Part shown: one piece after another, positions 1 through 7,286 of the stretch
How the letters are laid out: each line of letters starts with the position of its first letter
How positions within the stretch are numbered: the stretch's first letter is position 1
Source of the DNA: an uncultured Nitrospiraceae bacterium
Lineage (GTDB): Bacteria > Nitrospirota > Thermodesulfovibrionia > Thermodesulfovibrionales > Dissulfurispiraceae
Direction of reading: 5' to 3'
NCBI GenBank assembly: GCA_947085205.1
Contig: CAMTVO010000046.1
Span: forward strand, 1-16,895
DNA: 16,895 bases
The notes under the pieces: generated by a model
Databases searched by the model: none
What the model was told of the DNA's origin: nothing
Seen by the model: only the letters and a program-made list of their open reading frames with translations
Translations under genes and position numbers: made by a program

Positions 1-2177
1 ACAGTCTCAATCTTCACAAAATTCACTCTCATCCCTGTCCCGCCCATTATAGGGTCAACTGCATATTTTGTTATCAAAGCTGTATCATCAGCGCCTCTTT
101 TATATGCCCTTTTTGTTTCTTTTGAATTATGACCAAAGCCGTGAACCATATAGACACAATCCTCTCTTATTCTTTCTGTCACTTTGAGTTTTATCTTATT
201 AGACTTTGCCCCATCCTGATTCACCAGCGTGACATAAGCGCCATGTTTGACGCCCAGTTCTCTTGCCTTCTTTGTGTTTATCCAGAGTGTATTCTCTCCG
301 AAGAGTTCATTCAGCAGAGGATTATTTACAGTCCTGCCAAAAGAATGAAGGGGATGTCTTCCATAAAGCAAACGGAAGTAGCCTTTCATCGCTGCCTTGT
401 GTCTTGTATATTTTGGCACCGGGTCAAAGCCGTTCTCTTTGAGGTAGTTTGAATATAGTTCAATCTTTCCCGACTCTGTGTTAAAAACAGGTTCTTTTTC
501 TGCCGTTATATATGGCGCAGCGGTCTCCGGAAAGACTATTGTGCCTTTTTCTTTAATCTCCCTTAGAGTAATTTTTCTGTTATCCAGTCTCTGCTGAAGG
601 TATTCCTCTATATTCTTCCATGGGAAATATTCATGAAGTCCGAGCTTGCTTCCAAGCTCCCTCACTATCTGCCACCCCGGCCGGCTTTCATACATGGGCT
701 GAACAACCGGTTGTCTTAAGCCTACTGCCATTGCCTTTCCTTTTCCTACTTTAAGGTCATCATACCTCTCAAGATATGTGCACTCAGGCAGAACAACATC
801 TGCCCACTCAACAACTTCGTAAGGCAGGACATCACATGCTACCATCAGGTCAAGTTTACGAATAGCATCAATTGTCTCCCGCGGCGCCGGAAGGGTTTTC
901 AGAATATTCATACTATAAATAAACCATCCCTTAACAGCGTATGGTTTTCCAGTGAGAGTCGCCTTCCTTATCTCCGTTGTCGTGGCGTCTGCCCCATAAG
1001 GATAACCAACTAATTTCGGTTTTTCAGGCTTTGGAGGCGGAACTTTATATTTATATCCCGGCAGTCCTGCCTCTGTAGGAATGTAGCAGCCGCCCTTTCT
1101 TCCGTAAGCGCCCATAAGCGCTGTAATAATCGCCATTGCCCTTGCCCTCTGTGTATCATCCCCATACCATACGACCTTCCTCCCGGGGTGTATTACAACT
1201 GATGGCTTATTGCGCGCCATCTCCCTTGCTGTCTCTACTATCAGTTTTGCATCAATACTTGTCTCTTTTGATGCCCATCCAGGGGTATAGTCCTTCACAG
1301 CGTCCATAAGTTCACGGAGTCCGACAGCATATTTGCTGATGTAATCTTTGTCATAGAGTCCTTCTTTCAGTATCACATTTATCCATGTGAGGAGAAGGGC
1401 TAAATCGGTTCCAGGCTTTATCGGTAGCCACCAATCAGCCTTTCCAGCAGCAGTAGAAAATCTCGGGTCCACTACACATAATTTTGCGCCCCTTGACAAC
1501 GCCTCAACAAAGTCCTGTATCTGACTGCTGTGCACATTCTCACCTAAGTGAGAGCCTATAAGCACAATAAAACGGCTTTCTGCAAGGTCAAGCGGCTCAG
1601 GTGATGGGAGCGCGCCATCTCCAAAGGTCAGGTCATAACCTACAGAAACAGCGCCGCGGCACTGCGCCCATGAAGCAGTCGCAAAATTAGGACTCCCAAA
1701 AGAGGCAAGAAGATGCTTCCAGAATACACCACCAGGGCCATGTGACATGCAGGCAATTGATTCAGCGCCGTATTTCTTCTTTATCATTTTCATTTTGTCG
1801 GCAATAAATCCAAGCGCCTCATCCCAGCTCACCTTTTTCCATTGAGGCTCACCCCTTTTACCCACATTCAGCATAGGATGCTTCAGCCTGTCAGGATCAT
1901 AAAGCAAACCTGTCCCTGCATTACCCCTTGCGCACAATCTACCCCTGCTCGCTGGGTCAGCGGGATTTCCATCAAGTTTGACTACTTGTCCATTCACTAC
2001 CTTTGCTATAATGCCGCAGTTCCAGAAACAAAGGTCGCAGAATGTAGGAACCAGCTTTGTCTCTCCAGACAATAATACTTTCTCATTTGCATCTACAAGG
2101 CTGGTGAGTCCTCCACTGATTCCGATTCCTCCAGCAATGGTAGCCGCTTTTAAAAACTCTCTTCTGCTTAATCCCAT
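1..2177 (-). CDS. psrA: Molybdopterin oxidoreductase catalytic subunit, polysulfide/thiosulfate reductase (PsrA/PhsA) type; Tat-exported; 3' end runs off the window
   Basis: Absent from the ORF track because there is no stop in the window. Manual translation from ATG 2177 gives MGLSRREFLK (twin-arginine signal), CDLCFWNC...LCARG ([4Fe-4S] motif), YDPDRLKHP, SWDEAL, ASWAQCRG (probable Mo-ligand Cys), VVDPRFS, PIKPGTDLAL, WADVVLPECTYLER and C-terminal VYMVHGFG. RBS AAGGAG overlaps the upstream stop. PsrA and PhsA cannot be distinguished by eye. Confidence 0.9.
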   Translation of the reverse strand, partial: MGLSRREFLKAATIAGGIGISGGLTSLVDANEKVLLSGETKLVPTFCDLCFWNCGIIAKVVNGQVVKLDGNPADPASRGRLCARGNAGTGLLYDPDRLKHPMLNVGKRGEPQWKKVSWDEALGFIADKMKMIKKKYGAESIACMSHGPGGVFWKHLLASFGSPNFATASWAQCRGAVSVGYDLTFGDGALPSPEPLDLAESRFIVLIGSHLGENVHSSQIQDFVEALSRGAKLCVVDPRFSTAAGKADWWLPIKPGTDLALLLTWINVILKEGLYDKDYISKYAVGLRELMDAVKDYTPGWASKETSIDAKLIVETAREMARNKPSVVIHPGRKVVWYGDDTQRARAMAIITALMGAYGRKGGCYIPTEAGLPGYKYKVPPPKPEKPKLVGYPYGADATTTEIRKATLTGKPYAVKGWFIYSMNILKTLPAPRETIDAIRKLDLMVACDVLPYEVVEWADVVLPECTYLERYDDLKVGKGKAMAVGLRQPVVQPMYESRPGWQIVRELGSKLGLHEYFPWKNIEEYLQQRLDNRKITLREIKEKGTIVFPETAAPYITAEKEPVFNTESGKIELYSNYLKENGFDPVPKYTRHKAAMKGYFRLLYGRHPLHSFGRTVNNPLLNELFGENTLWINTKKARELGVKHGAYVTLVNQDGAKSNKIKLKVTERIREDCVYMVHGFGHNSKETKRAYKRGADDTALITKYAVDPIMGGTGMRVNFVKIET

Positions 2178-2182
2178 AGTTT

Positions 2183-3550
2183 TTACTCCTTGCTTATCTC
2201 GTATTTTCCGGCTTTGTCTATCTCAATGATTGCATCAAGAAACCTAACTTTATAGCCTGCATCTCTCAATGTATGATAAGCCATTTCAGACCTGCTACCC
2301 ACTGCGCAGTGGATGATTACCTCTTTATCTTTTGGGATTTCTGCTAATCGTTTTGATATGTCCGGCGCCGGAATGTTTTTCGCTCCTTTAAGCATGCCTT
2401 GCTTTGTTTCATCTGCATCGCGCACATCAAGTATAAACTTATCCGGTGGAAGCGTCTCTACTATACGTTTAAATTCCTCAACTACAATCTCACCAGTCTT
2501 AGGCTTTGCAACATATACTATGGCAGTTTTGAGATTATCGGTTAAAACCGGATTCCCTGCCTTTTTCCATGCCTCTATACCGCCTCTAAGCGAAGAAGTG
2601 TTGGTGTATCCCCAGCCCCTGATAGTCTTAAATGCATCTGATGCGGTCTTATCATCAGCGGCGTAGAGGACTATGGGAGCCTTTTTATCTGCCGGGAACC
2701 TGTCCCGTGCAGCCGGGGCTGATAATTCTCTTACAGGCATTGATACGGCATCTTTTATATGTTCCTTTTTAGCATCGTCCACCGGTCTCAGATCAATAAT
2801 AACCTGCGGCATGTCTTTATCCATATTATCTTTTACATATCTTGGAGTAGAGAACACCATGTTGCCGGCTCTCTTCCATGCAGGCATGCCATCACGAAAG
2901 ACCTTTACATTTGTATAACCGAGTTTCTCCGCCTTACCGGCAGAGTCTGGGGAGAACATTCAAGTAGGGCCTCCGCAGTAGAAAATGAGCATCCTGTCCT
3001 TTTCCTTTGGAAGCTTATCTACATTCTTATCAAAATCTGCAAAGTATATTGAAATCGCTCCAGGGATATGTCCTTCATGGTATCTAGTCGCTGGTCTGGC
3101 ATCAATAATTAAAAAATTTCCTTTTTCAGCGCCCAGATCAACAAGCTTTGCCACTTCCGCAACCATTATCAGCTTTTCAGGCGCAACTGTTATCGGCTGT
3201 TTAACCGCTACTCTATCTGCATAAAGCTCGCCTTTTTTCTCTGTTATGGTTACAAAAATGTCACTGTCTTTTGGGATTCCATCCAGCGCCTTTGCGCCGA
3301 TAAGCTTTACTTCAGCAGGAACAAATTTAACCAGCCATGTTGCAGGACCTACCTGCATTTGAATAGTCGCTGCATCCATCAATACCCTTGTCATAGTCCC
3401 CATTAGAATCTTTTCGTCCGGCGCATGGCATGGTATGCAAGTAGGCGCTGCCTTTGGTTTTTGTGATTGTGCCATACCTGCAGTATTGAACAGGAATAGT
3501 CCTGCTGCCATAAGGATAGCGATTGTGATGAGCAATATCTTTTTACTCAT
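2183..3550 (-). CDS. Exported multi-rhodanese sulfurtransferase with N-terminal CxxCH heme-c motif; probable selenoprotein (Sec at UGA 2960-2962), about 455 aa
   Basis: ORFs 2960..3550 and 2183..2959 are in frame, separated only by TGA, which falls inside rhodanese domain 1 (IFYCGGPT-U-MFSPDSAGKAEKLGYTNVKVFRDGMPAW). Also seen: signal peptide MSKKILLITIAILMAAGLFLF, CIPCH, domain 2 without catalytic Cys (VLYAADD), and domain 3 IIHCAVGSRS. A hairpin follows the UGA. Confidence 0.88.
2927..2945 (-). promoter_or_regulatory. Bacterial SECIS-like stem-loop
   Basis: mRNA reads UGA-AUGUUCUCCCCAGA-CUCUGCC-GGUAA-GGCGGAG. This gives a 7-bp stem (one G-U pair) and a 5-nt loop starting with G, 21 nt after the UGA, which fits the bacterial SECIS consensus. 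Confidence 0.8.
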
Positions 3551-3578
3551 ATGTCACGTCCCCCTTTGTGGTTTATTT

Positions 3579-3595
3579 GCCCGCCAAAGGCAGGC
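3579..3595 (-). promoter_or_regulatory. 5'-UTR hairpin of the rhodanese-psrA transcript
   Basis: GCCUGCC-UUU-GGCGGGC lies just downstream of the predicted sigma54 start site and upstream of RBS AAAGGGGG. Confidence 0.4.
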
Positions 3596-3610
3596 TTGAT
3601 ATATATTTTT

Positions 3611-3628
3611 AAGCAAATACTATGCCTA
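3611..3628 (-). promoter_or_regulatory. Sigma54 (-24/-12) promoter for the rhodanese-psrA operon
   Basis: Minus strand TAGGCATAGTATTTGCTT has exact GG-N10-GC spacing, about 60 nt upstream of ATG 3550 and next to a divergent sigma54 activator gene. Confidence 0.85.
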
Positions 3629-3722
3629 ACATAACAGCCGAGGGACAGGAAGTTTTGTTGTTTAAAATCTTTTAAATTACATATAGTTTCGCTGAAGATA
3701 TTGCTAAGAGGTTATTTATGAA

Positions 3723-3752
3723 TTGACTATGGCGTTAAATCAATGCTAACAT
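3723..3752 (+). promoter_or_regulatory. Putative sigma70 promoter of the activator gene
   Basis: TTGACT (3723-3728), 18-nt spacer, TAACAT (3747-3752), with TGn extended -10. Confidence 0.5.
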
Positions 3753-3780
3753 TGTTAGCACCTTTAACAAAAACTTAACA
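3744..3780. promoter_or_regulatory. Putative upstream activator sequence / operator
   Basis: Perfect inverted repeat TGCTAACA-T-TGTTAGCA (3744-3760), overlapping TGTTA-N7-TAACA (3753-3769), and a further TTAACA at 3775-3780. Located about 120-150 bp upstream of the sigma54 promoter. Confidence 0.6.
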
Positions 3781-3783
3781 CAA

Positions 3784-5154
3784 ATGGAAAGATTCTTAAA
3801 AAATATACGCTTTCTGAAAAGCATACTCGAAACCATGACGGACGGGCTCATGGTAGTGGATAAGGAGGGGAATATCCTGTTCTTTAACAGTGCTGCCGAG
3901 GAGATAACAGGATATAAAAAGGAAGAAGTAACAGGCAGGCAGTGCATGATGCTGGATACAAGCACATGTGTGGTTTTGACCGATGCTGGAAAGCAAAAAC
4001 GGTGCAGCCTGTTTGAATCAGGTCATGTCTCTAAAAAGAAATGCCATATAAGGGCAAAGGATGGAAGGATTGTCCATCTGCTGAAAAATGCCGTTGTTCT
4101 AAAGGACAGCAGCGGCGAGGTCGTAGGAGGTGTGGAGGCAATGACGGATATAACATCCCTGTATATGAAGGAATTGGAAGTTGAAGAACTCAGAAGCGAA
4201 CTTCAGCAGGAATATGGGTTTATGGGCTTATTAGGCACAAGTCCTACAATGCAAAAGCTATATGAGCAGATACAGGATGCAGCTATGAGCGAGGCGCCTG
4301 TTGTGATATCCGGTGAAAGCGGCACAGGTAAGGAGTTGGTCGCCCATGCAATACACAGGCTCAGCAGGAGACAGGAAGGCCCTTTCATAAAGGTAAATTG
4401 TGCTGCATTGAATGATTTTCTCCTTGAGAGCGAGCTTTTTGGTCATGTAAAAGGGGCTTTTACCGGAGCCATGAGGGATAGACAGGGAAGATTTGAGGCT
4501 GCCGATAACGGAAGCATATTTTTGGATGAAATAGGAGATATGTCTCCGTCCATGCAGGTTAAGATCTTAAGGGCGCTTCAGGAAAATGAGATAGAGAAGG
4601 TGGGAGACCATCGTCCAATCCGTGTGAATGTGAGACTCATAACTGCCACGAATAAGGATATATGCGGTCTTGTGGAATCGGGCCGTTTTAGAGAGGACCT
4701 TTTTTATCGCATAAATGTTATTCCGATATATACCCCGCCTTTAAGGGAAAGGAAGGAAGACATTCCGATTATCATAGCCCATTTCTTAAAGAGGATAAGC
4801 CTTGTCAACCAAAGGAGTATTCAGAGGATTAGCCCAGATGCTATGGAGGCTATGGAGGCATATCACTGGCCAGGCAATGTCCGTCAATTAATAAATGCAC
4901 TTGAATATGCGGCAATAACATTCAAGAATGATATAATAGATATTAAAGACTTGCCTGAATACATATTTAAAAGTCCGGAGAAGACGGATTACAAAGAGAA
5001 ATCTTACAAAAGCCACGAACAGGTCATTTCTGCCTTATCAAAATGCAACTGGAACAGGACGCTCACAGCAAAACATCTCGGTATAAGCAGGGTTACCCTC
5101 TGGAAGATTATGAAAGAGTTCGATATTAATGCAGAGGGCAATATTAGCCGATAA
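3784..5154 (+). CDS. PAS-domain sigma54-dependent transcriptional activator (Fis-type HTH)
   Basis: N-terminal PAS (DGLMVVD...FFNSAAEEITGY), Walker A GESGTGKE, GAFTGA, FLDEIG, FREDLFYR, WPGNVRQL, and HTH NRTLTAKHLGISRVTLWK. Confidence 0.96.
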   Translation: MERFLKNIRFLKSILETMTDGLMVVDKEGNILFFNSAAEEITGYKKEEVTGRQCMMLDTSTCVVLTDAGKQKRCSLFESGHVSKKKCHIRAKDGRIVHLLKNAVVLKDSSGEVVGGVEAMTDITSLYMKELEVEELRSELQQEYGFMGLLGTSPTMQKLYEQIQDAAMSEAPVVISGESGTGKELVAHAIHRLSRRQEGPFIKVNCAALNDFLLESELFGHVKGAFTGAMRDRQGRFEAADNGSIFLDEIGDMSPSMQVKILRALQENEIEKVGDHRPIRVNVRLITATNKDICGLVESGRFREDLFYRINVIPIYTPPLRERKEDIPIIIAHFLKRISLVNQRSIQRISPDAMEAMEAYHWPGNVRQLINALEYAAITFKNDIIDIKDLPEYIFKSPEKTDYKEKSYKSHEQVISALSKCNWNRTLTAKHLGISRVTLWKIMKEFDINAEGNISR

Positions 5155-5172
5155 TCAAATCTGGAGGATTTT

Positions 5173-5643
5173 ATGGAACTTACCCATTTTGATGAGGAAG
5201 GCAAGGCGAGGATGGTGGATGTTTCGGAAAAGAAACCGACCCAGCGTGAGGCCGTAGCAGCAGGCTTTGTTTATATGAAGCAGGAAACATTGAAATTGAT
5301 AAAGGACAGGCAGATTTCAAAGGGCGATGTCCTCGGTGTTGCAAGGGTTGCAGGAATTATGGCTGCAAAGAAGACATCAGAGTTGATACCCATGTGTCAT
5401 CCTTTGAACATAACGTCTGTAAACATTGATTTCGATATCGATGAGGAGAAAAATAGGGTCGATATAAAAACGACGGTAAAGATTGTCGGTCAAACAGGGG
5501 TTGAGATGGAAGCGCTCACAGCAACGTCCGTAGCTGCTTTGACCATTTATGACATGTGTAAGGCTGCGGATAAAGAGATGGTGATTTCCAGCATAATGCT
5601 TATGGAAAAGCGCGGAGGAAAGAGCGGAGAATTTATCAGATGA
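5173..5643 (+). CDS. moaC: Cyclic pyranopterin monophosphate synthase MoaC
   Basis: [57 protein letters not shown]. Confidence 0.98.
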   Translation: MELTHFDEEGKARMVDVSEKKPTQREAVAAGFVYMKQETLKLIKDRQISKGDVLGVARVAGIMAAKKTSELIPMCHPLNITSVNIDFDIDEEKNRVDIKTTVKIVGQTGVEMEALTATSVAALTIYDMCKAADKEMVISSIMLMEKRGGKSGEFIR

Positions 5644-5670
5644 CAGACTCTGTTATATCTGCCTTCTGGA

Positions 5671-6180
5671 TTAATGATACCTCTCCACGGTGAATTTTAA
5701 TATCTCCATATCTTTATCATCGGGGTCTATACCAGCCTTCAACTTTGTAATCCGCAACTGTTCGTCAACGGTGCTGACTCCTTCAAGGTCTGGCAGCAGC
5801 AACCCTTTTCTGTGGTCTTTAACAACGATTATACCATATCGTTTTGGGTCGAGTTCGGAGATGTCTTTTATCTTCTCCGGCTCTGACAGTACATCTACCG
5901 AATATGTGATGTCCTGAAGTTCGTCTTCCTGAACAGGATAAAACCTCGGGTCTTCGGTAGCGGCGGCTACGGCATTTCTTACGATTTCTTTGTAGATATT
6001 CTCCTCGCATGGAAGGAATGTGCCGATGCATCCCCTCAATTCCCCATGCTTCTTTAATGACACGAAGACGCCTGCCTTTTTCTGCATCTCCGGTAGCAAT
6101 TCTTCAGGGCGGGAGAGGATTTTCCTGTTTTTTACATATTCATCGATGGCTTTTTTAGCGAGTTCAACATAAGGATGCAT
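5671..6180 (-). CDS. amrA: AMMECR1-domain protein (AmmeMemoRadiSam system protein A)
   Basis: GVFVSLKKHGELRGCIGT, AATEDPRF, GLLLPDLEGV. Start placed at ATG 6180 (MHPYVELAK) with GGAG RBS; the track's longer start overlaps the upstream gene. Confidence 0.9.
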   Translation of the reverse strand: MHPYVELAKKAIDEYVKNRKILSRPEELLPEMQKKAGVFVSLKKHGELRGCIGTFLPCEENIYKEIVRNAVAAATEDPRFYPVQEDELQDITYSVDVLSEPEKIKDISELDPKRYGIIVVKDHRKGLLLPDLEGVSTVDEQLRITKLKAGIDPDDKDMEILKFTVERYH

Positions 6181-6186
6181 TTTCAC

Positions 6187-6202
6187 TACTCCATTACTCC
6201 AT
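6187..6202. repeat. Octamer tandem repeat (TACTCCAT)x2
   Basis: Seen directly in the amrA upstream gap; on the minus strand it supplies the GGAG RBS. Confidence 0.6.
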
Positions 6203-6208
6203 GCCTTT

Positions 6209-7225
6209 TCACTTTTCCCTTTGCATTGCGTATTCGGCCATGGCAAGGAGGGCATCTTTTTCTTTGGAGTCTGGAAATACATCAAGTTCGGACTTTGCTT
6301 CCTCTACAAGTTCCCTTGCTGTTTTCAACGATTCGTTTATGGCGTTATACTTTGAAAATAGATTCTGCATTCGATTTAATCCGGAGTTCGTCTCCTGACC
6401 GCTGACTGCTGACTGCTGACTGCTTTTAATAATCTCCTTTATCTCGTCCTTTTCTGTCTCCGATGCCACTTTCAGAAGATAAATCAAAGGCATAGTGATC
6501 TTACCCTCTTCGAGGTCTTTGCCCAGTCTTTTCCCAAGCTCCTTCTGTTCTGCCACATAATCGAGCACATCGTCCGCAAGCTGAAACGCAATCCCTGCCT
6601 TTAAGCCAAAATTTGCAAGAGCAATCTCTTTTTCTTCAGGCGCATTTGCAAGTATTCCTGCAATCCTGCATGCTGCTGATATCAAAACACCTGTCTTTGC
6701 AGATATGATTTCAAAGTATTCTTCCTGTGTTATATCAGGCTCGCCAATCTTGTTTAGTTGTAATATTTCTCCTTCTGTCATGCCGGTTGTTGCGGATGAG
6801 AGCGCCTCCATAATCTTCTGATTTTTCTGATTAACAGCTATCTTCAGCGCATTGGAATAAAGGAAATCTCCAACAAGTATAACAGCCTGATTACCCCATA
6901 TGGAATGTGCTGCTGCCCTGCCTCTTCTCATATCCGCCCCATCAATAACATCGTCATGCAGGAGGGACGCTGTATGTATTGCCTCTATGATTGCAGCAAA
7001 TAAGGTGCGGTTTTCTCCTTTATAACCACAGAGGTCTGCGCTGAGCAGGAGAAAAAGCGGCCGTAATCTTTTGCCGCCGCTCTCAAGGAGATATTTGCCT
7101 ATCAGCGGTATAAGAGGAGCTTCGCTCCGGAACAGTCCTTCAAGTTTAGCCTCAACGAGACTTAATTCCTTTTCATACGCATCAAAAACCTTTTTAATGT
7201 CTATTGTCTGATTATAATTAATCAT
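6209..7225 (-). CDS. ispB: Long-chain polyprenyl diphosphate synthase (octaprenyl/heptaprenyl type)
   Basis: GGKRLRP, LLHDDVID...RRG, GDFLYS, FQLADDVLD, GKDLEEGKITMP. Confidence 0.92.
   Translation of the reverse strand: MINYNQTIDIKKVFDAYEKELSLVEAKLEGLFRSEAPLIPLIGKYLLESGGKRLRPLFLLLSADLCGYKGENRTLFAAIIEAIHTASLLHDDVIDGADMRRGRAAAHSIWGNQAVILVGDFLYSNALKIAVNQKNQKIMEALSSATTGMTEGEILQLNKIGEPDITQEEYFEIISAKTGVLISAACRIAGILANAPEEKEIALANFGLKAGIAFQLADDVLDYVAEQKELGKRLGKDLEEGKITMPLIYLLKVASETEKDEIKEIIKSSQQSAVSGQETNSGLNRMQNLFSKYNAINESLKTARELVEEAKSELDVFPDSKEKDALLAMAEYAMQREK
6395..6424. repeat. Heptamer tandem repeat (CTGACYG)x4 inside the polyprenyl synthase gene
   Basis: ctgaccg-ctgactg-ctgactg-ctgactg-ct, encoding SSQQSAVSGQ. 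Confidence 0.9.
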
Positions 7226-7232
7226 AGCTAAA

Positions 7233-7286
7233 TTAAGGCTGAGGCTGAGGTTAAAGCGAAGATTTTCTTAACCTAAACCTTAACCT
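7233..7286. repeat. Inverted pair of hexamer arrays between mtnA and ispB
   Basis: ttaaggctgaggctgaggttaaag (7233-7256) and cttaacctaaaccttaacct (7267-7286) are imperfect reverse complements. The right arm supplies the mtnA C-terminal VKV and stop. Confidence 0.7.

Noticed and set aside
129..2229. Plus-strand ORFs 129..452, 1842..2075 and 1978..2229
   Set aside because: Antisense shadows of the psrA-like gene with no recognisable motifs. The same applies to the other short ORFs overlapping the called genes.
2960..2962. TGA as a nonsense mutation, or two independent genes
   Set aside because: It falls at a Cys-equivalent position in the rhodanese active loop and is followed by a well-placed SECIS-like hairpin, so Sec readthrough explains it better.
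5637..5670. Possible terminator between convergent moaC and amrA
   Set aside because: Only a weak, bulged hairpin with no U-tract; not supportable.
6181..6285. N-terminal extension of the AMMECR1 ORF given in the track
   Set aside because: It overlaps the ispB 3' end; ATG 6180 has an RBS and matches the usual family start.
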